In this document: positions 9,622 through 18,015 of the stretch, one piece after another
How the letters are laid out: every line of letters begins with the position of its first letter
Numbering within the stretch: position 1 is the stretch's first letter
Source of the DNA: a virus
Virus record (IMG/VR): IMGVR_UViG_3300009177_000720
DNA length: 64,000 nt
Reading direction: 5' to 3' (one strand)
Translations under genes and position numbers: made by a program
The notes under the pieces: model-generated
The model's database searches: none
What the model was told of the DNA's origin: nothing
What the model saw: only the letters and a program-made list of their open reading frames with translations

Positions 9622-10353
9622 TTACTTCTTAGAAGAAGAGGAAGACTTAGATGCCTTCTCTTTTTCCTTGGCAGCCTTTTCCTTAGCCTTTTCCTTGTCA
9701 GCTTTTTCCTTGGCCTTAGCCTTTTCCTTAGCTGCCTTGTCCTTAGCCATTTGGGTATCACGCTTCTCTTTTTCCTTAGAAGCTTTTTCCTTGGCCTTTT
9801 CCTTAGATGCCTTATCCTTAGAATCTTTCTTGGAATCCTTTTCCTTCTTCTTGGCTTCAACAACCATAGAAGCTAGCTTCAAACTGAAAGCAGCGGATTT
9901 TTCCATTCCAACAGAGTCAAGGGCGGCAGAAGCAGTTAGCAAGCTGTCAATAGCAACATCGAAAGCTGCACTGGAATCCATGTCGTCAGCGTAAGAGCTG
10001 TCGTCAGAGTCATCCTTCTTTTTCTTGGCATCTTGGTCATCAGCACTTGCAGAGTCGCTGCTTGAAGATGAAGATTCTTCCTTCTTCTTTTTCTTAGCAT
10101 CGTTGTCATCTGCAAAGAAGCTGTCGTCAGCGCTGCTAGAATCAGAGGAGTCATCCTTCTTCTTCTTTGCATCCTGGTCGTCAGCCATAGCAGAGTCACC
10201 ACACTTGCAGGCGTCGCTTCCGCACTTTGGGCACTTTGCATCATTTTCATCTGATGCAAACTTGTATTGAGTATTGAACAAAGATTTGTGGGCTTCGCTC
10301 TTTAGAACTGCATCCATTGTTGCAGCGACAAAATCTGATACACTTTTAGTCAT
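9622..10353 (-). CDS. Highly charged low-complexity protein (possible internal DNA-binding/core protein)
   Basis: CPKC-x4-CKC; ADDxDAKKKK repeats; KEKA-rich tail; AGAGGA RBS. Confidence 0.6.
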   Translation of the reverse strand: MTKSVSDFVAATMDAVLKSEAHKSLFNTQYKFASDENDAKCPKCGSDACKCGDSAMADDQDAKKKKDDSSDSSSADDSFFADDNDAKKKKKEESSSSSSDSASADDQDAKKKKDDSDDSSYADDMDSSAAFDVAIDSLLTASAALDSVGMEKSAAFSLKLASMVVEAKKKEKDSKKDSKDKASKEKAKEKASKEKEKRDTQMAKDKAAKEKAKAKEKADKEKAKEKAAKEKEKASKSSSSSKK

Positions 10354-10382
10354 AATATCCTCTATTTATTTTGTTGTATTGC

Positions 10383-13300
10383 TTAGAACATTCTCTTGGA
10401 AGTCTTAGCAAGTGCTGCGGACAATTGAGACCAATCATCTTCTGCTGAGACAGCAGTATTGATTTCACCAGAACCAATTACGCCAACTTGTGGTAGACGA
10501 CCGGCAGTTCTACGTAGAGGTTGATGCTTTGCAACTACTCTCTTAAGAGTTTCGAAGTTTGCTTCGTTGAAGCTCATTAGCTCATCAACGTGAGCGGAGA
10601 TAACATTTCTGTCATTAGCAACTAAGCCACGGTCAACCATTTCATAGGTCATCTCGTAAGCTCTGGCCATCTTGACCTTGAACTTGTTAAGTTCTTCTTC
10701 AAGTTGAGCCTTAACGTGCTCCTTGACTAGTTCGCTTGCGAACTCAGATCCACCGTCTACTTGACCGTAGAACTTCTTGTAGTAAGAAACTGCATCCTTA
10801 TCCAAACCTTCAGCTACTAGAGCGTCCAAATCGGATGGGTCAAGCTTTCCTTCAGAAACTAGTCTGTGGATTGCTTCTGCTTCCTTACGAACCTTAGGTG
10901 GAGCCTTTGCAAGTTCCATCATAGCCTGGTTGACTTCTGGTAAGGTTTCGACCTTTCCTAGATTATCAGATGGCTTTACATCAAGTTCAGTCTGGCCATC
11001 AGCAAGCTTATCGGCTGCATCAAGCATGTCGCTAAACTTAGCGTGAGACATATCTTGAATTTCACCGTCATCTTGCTTGCCTAGTGCATCGGCAGCTAGC
11101 TTGGCACGAAGTGCGGCACGACCTTCTCTGGAATCAAAGGAAGCCTGAACAGTTACTTCGGTACCTGGCTTGACATCTAGACCCTTCTTCAACTCTTCTG
11201 GAGTTGCCATTAGGTCATTTGCGTCATCAACGGCCATGCCAGTCATTTCAGCTAATTCATCATGTGCTTCGCCCATGTGATCATTATCATCATCAGCCAT
11301 TAATTCCTTGACAGCATCCAAATCGGAGTTGGTGTCAGAAATCATGGCCATCAAGTCATCGCCATTGTTGGCGTCTAGTTCGCCTGTCATATTCTCTCCT
11401 TCAGCTAATGCTTCAAGTTCTGCTTCAATTTCTGCGCGCTTGACAATAGCTTTGGTTCCACGAGCATATTTGACGAAAGCGGTCATCAATTTGAATCCAT
11501 CTGCTACGGCAGACTTGGCTTCATTTAGCGCATCTTCAACAATAGTACCAACAAACTCTTGGTTAGAGTTAGTTACAGCGCCCTTGTCGTAAAGACCAGA
11601 GATCATGTCAAGCTCTTGTGCATGGTCATTTAGGTTAGCAACTGCTTCCTTCATGGCATGGGTAAGTGCGCCATTAAGTTCTTTTCTCAATCCGTTTAAG
11701 GTTGAGGTGCTAAAGGATGCTGCTGCGCCCATTTCTGGAGCAGAAGCGCCTTCCATCTCGCCCATTTCGGCTTGTTCACCAGTTAATGCTCTAACAGCTT
11801 CAACAAGGTCTGAACTTAGGTCTCTAACTTTTTCTGCCAAATCAGCAGCGGCTGCCTTTGGATCACCAGACTTGCCAGTGTCTTCGGCTGGAGGTGCACC
11901 TGCATCAGGAGCTGGTGCAGAAGAATCGGCTGGAGGTGGAGCACCTGCGTCAGCGGCTGGAGGTGGAGGAGCAGCCTGTGCACTCTTTACAAGTGCGGCT
12001 ACCTTCTCAACTCCACTAGTCTTTACCTTCTCAAGTAAGCTAGTTCCAAATTCCTTAGTAGCGATACTTCCGTATAGCTTGCTTGGACGACCACCAGATA
12101 GATCATTAACAGAGGCGGTTAGAATAAGTTTGTCACCACGGTAAACTTCCCAAGCACTGTCGCCTAGGTTACGGGTACCATCTTCATTGGTAGCGTAAAC
12201 GAACTTGGCACTTAATGCGGAAGCTCTACGTAGCATTTCCTTACGCTTTAACTCATCAGAGGTTTCAGCGGATTGTGGGGATGGGTGCATACCATCGACT
12301 GGGCCAACACCTGGGAATGGCTTTTGACCAACCATGTGCTTGTCGTCTCTCTCACGAAGGACGTACTCAAGCTTGTCAACTGGATACTTTGGCTTGCCTG
12401 GAGTTGGAGTTCCTGGGTTGTTGCCATCACCGTTTTGGAAGTAAGCAGTCTTGTTTTCAAGAGCTTGCTTAGCAAGGTTCACGATTGCAGAACGGCGAGC
12501 AGCTCTCTCTTCGGATTCAGCACGAGCAAGCATCTTCTTACGTTGTAGTTCGTCAGAAGGGTCGGCGGAATCTGGAGATGGGTGCATACCATCTACGGAG
12601 CCAACTTCTGGAAATGGGGATTGACCCACCATTTGCTTATCCTCTTTTTCACGAAGTTGCTCGTTGAGAGGATCTTTTGGATACTTGGCTTGACCTGGGG
12701 TAGGCTCGTTTACGCCACCAGCGCCTTGATAATAACCCTGCTTATTAATATTTGTACCTGACATATTTTCCTCTTGTTTGTTTGTAGAAGTGTTTGCTAA
12801 CTTATCCAAGCTTTCTTTCATTTGGCTCAACTTGGTCTCGATGGCCGTTGTGACCTCTCGAAGTTCAGCGATAGGGTCCACCCCTACTTCAGCGGTCGCG
12901 TATCTTGCATGTGGGGGAGCCAATCCAGAATCAGTACTTGGAATTTCCTCCAAGCCTTGATCCGATGCCAAATCATTAGTATCTTTTTCAGAAATTTTAG
13001 CAGAGGCATTAATCTCGCTTAATTTCGCAAAAGCTTTATCAACGTCTTCCTTGAACTTGGCAAGGTCGGTTGAGTTTACTGTAAATTGTGCACTGCCTCC
13101 ACCTTCATGACCTTTAGGATCATTAACAGTTAAAGTGGCGGAGAATGATAAATCTGCTATTCTGTTAAGCTCTTCTTGCTTACTCTCGACATAGCTGTTT
13201 AGTGTATTTGCAGCAGCAATAATATGTTTAATATTAGCTTTTGGATCTGCACCATTTACAACAATGGATAATTCAATTGGGTTTAAATCTACGTTAATTT

Positions 13301-13955
13301 CACCATAGCAACTCTTACGTCTCATATGGTCACAGAAGTCAGCTTCTGTACGGGCTACCTTGGCACAATCTGAACAGATGGCCTTTCCAACAGCGGTACC
13401 CATGGACACACAGTTAGAAACTCCGGTAGCTACTTGTCTTGCTAATTGTGGATACCCGGCCTTGTCTAAGGCACATAGAGCAATTACTCTCTTGAGATTG
13501 CGGTCATAATAGGTATCAACAATAAAGCCTCTTACATGATCTACTGAACTTGATTTATGATCAATGCAAAGAGGCTTTCCGACCCATTTCCTATAAGCTC
13601 TTACTAATTCTTCCTCTGGAAAGATATCTCCGTTGGAATTCTTATAAGGCTTAATGCTAGGGTCATTACTCATCCAGCGCCAAGTACCACCAGCTTTATC
13701 CCAGCCTACTTGGACAGTCTCTCCTTTAGCGTTTAGCTTTGGAGTTCCATCATCATTAAGGCAAGATGCTTCAGCGGCATGCATCATGACAGCAGAGAAG
13801 TATAAAAAGTCTTCTGCCTTTGGAGCAACCTTCTTTAGGTTGGCTGCAAACTTTTTAAAGTTCTCCAAAATTTCAGGGCTGACAGCAGGAAGACACGACT
13901 CCGTGGCCTCTACTCTGCTAATCTCAATCAGTTCACCTAGTTTTACAAATGACAT
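10383..13955 (-). CDS. Prohead (maturation) protease fused to a long scaffold-like region
   Basis: N-terminal NGDIF...GKPLCIDH...RGFIVD...VSMG...ELSIVVNGADPKA matches HK97/assemblin-fold prohead proteases (His/Ser), with a Cys/His insert; C-terminal acidic coiled coils. Confidence 0.75.
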   Translation of the reverse strand: MSFVKLGELIEISRVEATESCLPAVSPEILENFKKFAANLKKVAPKAEDFLYFSAVMMHAAEASCLNDDGTPKLNAKGETVQVGWDKAGGTWRWMSNDPSIKPYKNSNGDIFPEEELVRAYRKWVGKPLCIDHKSSSVDHVRGFIVDTYYDRNLKRVIALCALDKAGYPQLARQVATGVSNCVSMGTAVGKAICSDCAKVARTEADFCDHMRRKSCYGEINVDLNPIELSIVVNGADPKANIKHIIAAANTLNSYVESKQEELNRIADLSFSATLTVNDPKGHEGGGSAQFTVNSTDLAKFKEDVDKAFAKLSEINASAKISEKDTNDLASDQGLEEIPSTDSGLAPPHARYATAEVGVDPIAELREVTTAIETKLSQMKESLDKLANTSTNKQEENMSGTNINKQGYYQGAGGVNEPTPGQAKYPKDPLNEQLREKEDKQMVGQSPFPEVGSVDGMHPSPDSADPSDELQRKKMLARAESEERAARRSAIVNLAKQALENKTAYFQNGDGNNPGTPTPGKPKYPVDKLEYVLRERDDKHMVGQKPFPGVGPVDGMHPSPQSAETSDELKRKEMLRRASALSAKFVYATNEDGTRNLGDSAWEVYRGDKLILTASVNDLSGGRPSKLYGSIATKEFGTSLLEKVKTSGVEKVAALVKSAQAAPPPPAADAGAPPPADSSAPAPDAGAPPAEDTGKSGDPKAAAADLAEKVRDLSSDLVEAVRALTGEQAEMGEMEGASAPEMGAAASFSTSTLNGLRKELNGALTHAMKEAVANLNDHAQELDMISGLYDKGAVTNSNQEFVGTIVEDALNEAKSAVADGFKLMTAFVKYARGTKAIVKRAEIEAELEALAEGENMTGELDANNGDDLMAMISDTNSDLDAVKELMADDDNDHMGEAHDELAEMTGMAVDDANDLMATPEELKKGLDVKPGTEVTVQASFDSREGRAALRAKLAADALGKQDDGEIQDMSHAKFSDMLDAADKLADGQTELDVKPSDNLGKVETLPEVNQAMMELAKAPPKVRKEAEAIHRLVSEGKLDPSDLDALVAEGLDKDAVSYYKKFYGQVDGGSEFASELVKEHVKAQLEEELNKFKVKMARAYEMTYEMVDRGLVANDRNVISAHVDELMSFNEANFETLKRVVAKHQPLRRTAGRLPQVGVIGSGEINTAVSAEDDWSQLSAALAKTSKRMF
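12222..12749 (-). repeat. Two ~78-aa direct repeats within the protease-scaffold (approx. 12519-12749 and 12222-12458)
   Basis: Both copies contain K-x-[AG]-Y-[YF]-Q...PTPG..KYP.D...DK.MVGQ.PFP.VG.VDGMHPSP.SA..SDEL.RK.ML.RA. Confidence 0.9.
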
Positions 13956-13957
13956 AT

Positions 13958-14116
13958 TTATCTCCCTGATTTCTTCATTTCTGAAGGATCAGCTTCTTCC
14001 TCAGATGTCTTGATTACTTTTTTGGATAGATCTTTAGCAGCTTTTTTCTGCGCGTCAGTCATCTCTTCGGTTTCGACAACTGATAAAATTTTTCCATCAC
14101 CGTGTTTTATAAACAT
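13958..14116 (-). CDS. Small protein, 52 aa (MFIKHGDGKILSVVETEEMTDAQKKAAKDLSKKVIKTSEEEADPSEMKKSGR); not in ORF track
   Basis: GGAGAG RBS; stop 2 nt before the protease start; fills the gap in the operon. Confidence 0.7.
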   Translation of the reverse strand: MFIKHGDGKILSVVETEEMTDAQKKAAKDLSKKVIKTSEEEADPSEMKKSGR

Positions 14117-14236
14117 CTACTCTCCAAACGGGAGCATCACAATAACTCTTAATTATAATGGATTATTGCCACAAAATTCTCATTTCCGGCAGTAACTTCA
14201 ATCATATATGTTAATATTCCCATTATAACTGAGGTT

Positions 14237-14890
14237 TTAATTACCTGATTGTGATGATTTCTCCTTGATAATGTCGTTAAGCTGATCCTGACGTTGGTTG
14301 AAAAGGTCAATAATTAGTGGTGTTTTCTCTTCAATATTCATTTGAAGATCGGTACTAACATTGTCCACCCAGCTTGTAGCTAAGATATTAGTTTGAATAT
14401 GGTTTTTAATTCTTTCATCAATAATTTCATCAATTTCTTCGCACTGCTTTTGAATATCTTCAAGCGCCTTCACTACATCTTGTGGGAAAGACTTGGCCTC
14501 TAAATCAGCAAAAAGATCGACAAGTTTATTAACCTTGACTTCTAAATCATCAATTGATGAAATAAAAGATTTCATTAATTTCAAGGTCTGAGTATCAGAT
14601 GAAAAAATCTGCATTACATTAACGCAGTTAAAAGCTGCTTTTTTGAACTTATTGAAATTATCGACGGCTTTATCTCTAAATCGTCTAATAGCAGCTCTAG
14701 CCTTCATTACTTCCTGGGGATCCATTTCTGGGTTATCCTTGAAGGGAGTCTTCATAATATCCAAATGATCAGATGCCATCTGTAGCATCTTAGCGGCATG
14801 CTCAAAATACAAAAGGGCCTGTTCTGCCTGCGTTTTCTCCGCATCAGACACATCGTAGGTCATTTGTACTGCATAAGCCTTCTTAATCAT
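14237..14890 (-). CDS. Hypothetical helical protein
   Basis: Start moved to MIKKAYAV, overlapping the upstream stop (ATGATTAA); all-helical composition. Confidence 0.65.
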   Translation of the reverse strand: MIKKAYAVQMTYDVSDAEKTQAEQALLYFEHAAKMLQMASDHLDIMKTPFKDNPEMDPQEVMKARAAIRRFRDKAVDNFNKFKKAAFNCVNVMQIFSSDTQTLKLMKSFISSIDDLEVKVNKLVDLFADLEAKSFPQDVVKALEDIQKQCEEIDEIIDERIKNHIQTNILATSWVDNVSTDLQMNIEEKTPLIIDLFNQRQDQLNDIIKEKSSQSGN

Positions 14891-15653
14891 AGATAAAACC
14901 ACCTGGGTTTGGTTCAACGGGTCCGAAGCCTCTACCACCCGCATCGTTGTCGTAAACGCCAACCATTGGAACAGTATCTTCTTCCTGAAGATCATGTTCT
15001 TTTATTGACTTGCTAGAATGATAATTTTCACGGGTTGGAGACTGATCCATAATGAAATTATACAAAGCATCCATAGGATTTTGCTTCGTAACACTTAAAT
15101 AGGGAGCAAAAGAACCCTGATGCCCCTCATCTAAGAATGAGTCTCGATTATCGCCAATGTACTCTCGTTCGTTGGAGACTATATCAGCTTTGTTCTCATC
15201 TTTCGATGGCTTACATTTTCTAATAAGCTTTTCAAAAGTTGAGATGGGTCTTGGATCAACATCTAATCCGAATCCTAAAGACTTAGCTTCTTCAATAGCT
15301 TTCTCAGGATCTTTGCCTAGATACTTGCATTGAACTAGAGCTACAGCCAAACCTGTTCGGTCTTTTCCGGCCGCACAGTGAACGTAAGTAGGGCCGCCTT
15401 CTAGAAATAACTTCTTTAGATCATGACTAAGAAACTTTAATAGAGAGTGTTTAAAATTTTCCATTTCAATAGGAAGCTCTATATGATTAATTCCTAAGAG
15501 CTTACATGCTCTATTAATTCTATCGCCAGCAATCTTATCAAGACTAACGATCTTTTTAATCCCTAATTCCTCTTTTAACCACTGAACATCTTTTGGGGAT
15601 GGGGCGCTGCCTCGGTATAGATCTTTGGTTACTTTTCTTAGCCTGTGAATCAT
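14883..15653 (-). CDS. Cys-dependent (tyrosine/dual-specificity family) phosphatase
   Basis: LYRGSAP N-terminal motif; catalytic VHCAAGKDRTG (HCxxGxxRT); acidic C-terminal extension. Confidence 0.85.
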   Translation of the reverse strand: MIHRLRKVTKDLYRGSAPSPKDVQWLKEELGIKKIVSLDKIAGDRINRACKLLGINHIELPIEMENFKHSLLKFLSHDLKKLFLEGGPTYVHCAAGKDRTGLAVALVQCKYLGKDPEKAIEEAKSLGFGLDVDPRPISTFEKLIRKCKPSKDENKADIVSNEREYIGDNRDSFLDEGHQGSFAPYLSVTKQNPMDALYNFIMDQSPTRENYHSSKSIKEHDLQEEDTVPMVGVYDNDAGGRGFGPVEPNPGGFIYD

Positions 15654-15654
15654 G

Positions 15655-16395
15655 TTATAAATTACTCACTAAGTTGTTGATAACCTCACGGACATATCTC
15701 GAATCCTGATTAAATAAAACATGTTTAACGAAGGTGATGGACTGACCAATAGCCGAAGTAGGTGGAAGATTCTTTTGCGAAATTTCATCTGCATTAAAAG
15801 CATAAAATTTTCTTCTCAAGCTCTCGATAGCCTTAGTCCTCTTCTCTAATGGAACTCTATTTAAAGTAAATCTAACAATGTCAGCTAAGTACTTACCTAC
15901 CATGACTGGATCTCCTAGCTCACTAACGGCAGCATTCTTAACTAACTTCTTCTTGACTTTAATCTTATGTTTCTTATTAAATTTAACCAAAGAATTCTGT
16001 AAAGCTACTTTCTCTGGCTTTTGAATCTTAGCCTTAACTGCTTTATCAAATTCCTTCTTAAACATAACTAAGAATAGTTTAACCTGCTCTTTAGATGCCT
16101 CTTGGCGCATTTCACGCATGATGGCAGAAAAAGAAAAATCAGTAGCACCCATTAGATCAATGACTTGCTCTTCTTCAGCATCATTATCATCCTGGTGTTT
16201 AAAATATTCTACTTGCCTTAATCTTTTGACAGCTTCTTCCTTTGAATCGGAGGTTCCTAAATTTTTACCCTTTTCAGAGAGTACACGATACTTACCTCCT
16301 GGAAGCTTCCTTATGCGGGCAAGCTTAACCAAGCCTTGTAAACAACTTTCTTCATAGTTGTTGGCTAGTTGTAGGATGGAATTGATATCGTACAT
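15655..16395 (-). CDS. Hypothetical head-region protein
   Basis: 246 aa; LVKLAR, then a short basic domain (GKYRVLSEKGKNLGTSDSKEEAVKRLRQVEYFK); LVKNAA. Confidence 0.6.
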   Translation of the reverse strand: MYDINSILQLANNYEESCLQGLVKLARIRKLPGGKYRVLSEKGKNLGTSDSKEEAVKRLRQVEYFKHQDDNDAEEEQVIDLMGATDFSFSAIMREMRQEASKEQVKLFLVMFKKEFDKAVKAKIQKPEKVALQNSLVKFNKKHKIKVKKKLVKNAAVSELGDPVMVGKYLADIVRFTLNRVPLEKRTKAIESLRRKFYAFNADEISQKNLPPTSAIGQSITFVKHVLFNQDSRYVREVINNLVSNL

Positions 16396-16401
16396 AATTC
16401 A

Positions 16402-16785
16402 TTACTTCTCAAAGCTTCTCTTAATATCTAAAGAATCCTTACTTCTGGTAAATAGGTCTTCAAAAACGCCTTTACCATCTACTTCATTAAGTCCTCTAAT
16501 AGCTCTTTCATTGATGAACATTAGTTGTCCTAATTCCATTTTCTTTCCAGCAATATAAGCGCAATTAATAACCAAACACTCTCTATAGGCAGCAACTACC
16601 TTACCAACGAATACGGCTGGATAAGAAGTAGAAATTTGCTCTGTTTTAACTTCTTCGTAAGAGTCGCCAAGATAAATTTCAATAAACTTATCTTTAAAGA
16701 CAGTTACCAAAAACTCTGCTAAGGTTTTTACCCTATCCTTATTGCATTCCTGCACTGCATCTAAAATATTTTGTTCAGTTACCAT
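16402..16785 (-). CDS. Hypothetical protein, possibly Sm/SH3-like barrel
   Basis: IEIYLG...FVGKVVAAYRECLVIN...MFINERAIRGL strand pattern; AGAGGA RBS. Confidence 0.5.
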   Translation of the reverse strand: MVTEQNILDAVQECNKDRVKTLAEFLVTVFKDKFIEIYLGDSYEEVKTEQISTSYPAVFVGKVVAAYRECLVINCAYIAGKKMELGQLMFINERAIRGLNEVDGKGVFEDLFTRSKDSLDIKRSFEK

Positions 16786-16797
16786 CGCTATGTCCTC

Positions 16798-18012
16798 TTA
16801 GATAAATTTGAGCAGGAATTTCCTGTATTGATTATTTGCAGTTTTTAAACTGATTTCTTGGTAAGATGACGTTTTATTGGTAATAAATTGGGTCTTAACT
16901 CCAATACCACCAATTTTCTTAGTAGCCGTCTTAAAAGAATCTACGACCGAGTTTGTTAATTGTTGAGCGGCCTCAAAACAAGGGGAGCTTGGTCCAGGGA
17001 TTGCACAATCGACTTCAACCACCGTACCATCCGTATGAGTGAAAGCGCGGGCCATCAATTCCTCATGTAGCGCTGAACACAAAATACGTGCAAACTCTAC
17101 TGAATCGACAAAATTTCCAGCTTCAACGCGAATTACCATATGATTAACAGGTAAGAATTTTTTGTATAGCTTCTTGTTGGTTTTCTCTGAAGCCGCGACC
17201 TGTTGTAAATAATTAGTCAAAGTACTTAAAAGACCAGGCGAAGAAACGTTAGATGGAGCGGTAGGTGCACTAGGCTTTCTAGCCATTTCATCGTACACAT
17301 TGTCTCCCTTATTCTTCTCTAGATATTTTTTAGTCCAATTATCGGCGACCATAGTGGGCTCCTGTTTTCCTGGAGCATATCCAGTTGACTCATTCATAGC
17401 CATCATAGCTTTTTGATATAATGGATTTCTTTTATTAATTTCTACTTGCTTCATCATATCACCATAAGTGATAGATCCCTTCTTATCTCTATCAAACAAA
17501 GGATTATACTTATGAGCATTGCTTTCCATAGTTGGGTCTATTTTGATACCTATGTCGTAATATTTCTTACTCCATTTATGGCCGGTCTTATCAGTAACCG
17601 TTTCAGGATTAGCTTCAATGAAAGCAGTGTTTGGATCGCCCTGTCTAATACCTGGTAGTTTTAAAGCTACTGGCCATAAATTAGCTACGTAGTATTGTGC
17701 GGCAGACTTCAATGGGCCACCATTAGTAGCAGCATACCCTTGAACTAACTTCTTCAACCAGTCCAATTGCTCTTCACCGGAAAGCTTAGTAAAATCTTCC
17801 CAAGTTCCCTTGAATTTTAGACCCTTGAGAGTGTCGGGCATGAATCCAACTAGTCCAGCTCCTTTGAATTTAGATTCATAGGCAGACGGATTCAGTCCAG
17901 ATTCTGATACCATAACAGCAATCAGATCTTCTGGCTTCATTCCTAGTTCAGAGGCTACCTGAACTAATTTGGGATAAAAATTAGGTCCTAAGTTAGCTTT
18001 GCCGGCTGGCAT
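16798..18012 (-). CDS. Lytic transglycosylase/lysozyme-like virion protein
   Basis: VASELGMKPEDLIAVMVSESGLNPSA (catalytic Glu), GAGLVGFMPDT (GLxQF-like), NPLFDRDKKGSIT; extra C-terminal domain. Confidence 0.75.
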   Translation of the reverse strand: MPAGKANLGPNFYPKLVQVASELGMKPEDLIAVMVSESGLNPSAYESKFKGAGLVGFMPDTLKGLKFKGTWEDFTKLSGEEQLDWLKKLVQGYAATNGGPLKSAAQYYVANLWPVALKLPGIRQGDPNTAFIEANPETVTDKTGHKWSKKYYDIGIKIDPTMESNAHKYNPLFDRDKKGSITYGDMMKQVEINKRNPLYQKAMMAMNESTGYAPGKQEPTMVADNWTKKYLEKNKGDNVYDEMARKPSAPTAPSNVSSPGLLSTLTNYLQQVAASEKTNKKLYKKFLPVNHMVIRVEAGNFVDSVEFARILCSALHEELMARAFTHTDGTVVEVDCAIPGPSSPCFEAAQQLTNSVVDSFKTATKKIGGIGVKTQFITNKTSSYQEISLKTANNQYRKFLLKFI

Positions 18013-18015
18013 AAC

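Noticed and set aside
14010-14195. Plus-strand 61-aa ORF
   Set aside because: The minus-strand 52-aa ORF 13958..14116 has an RBS and fits the operon better.
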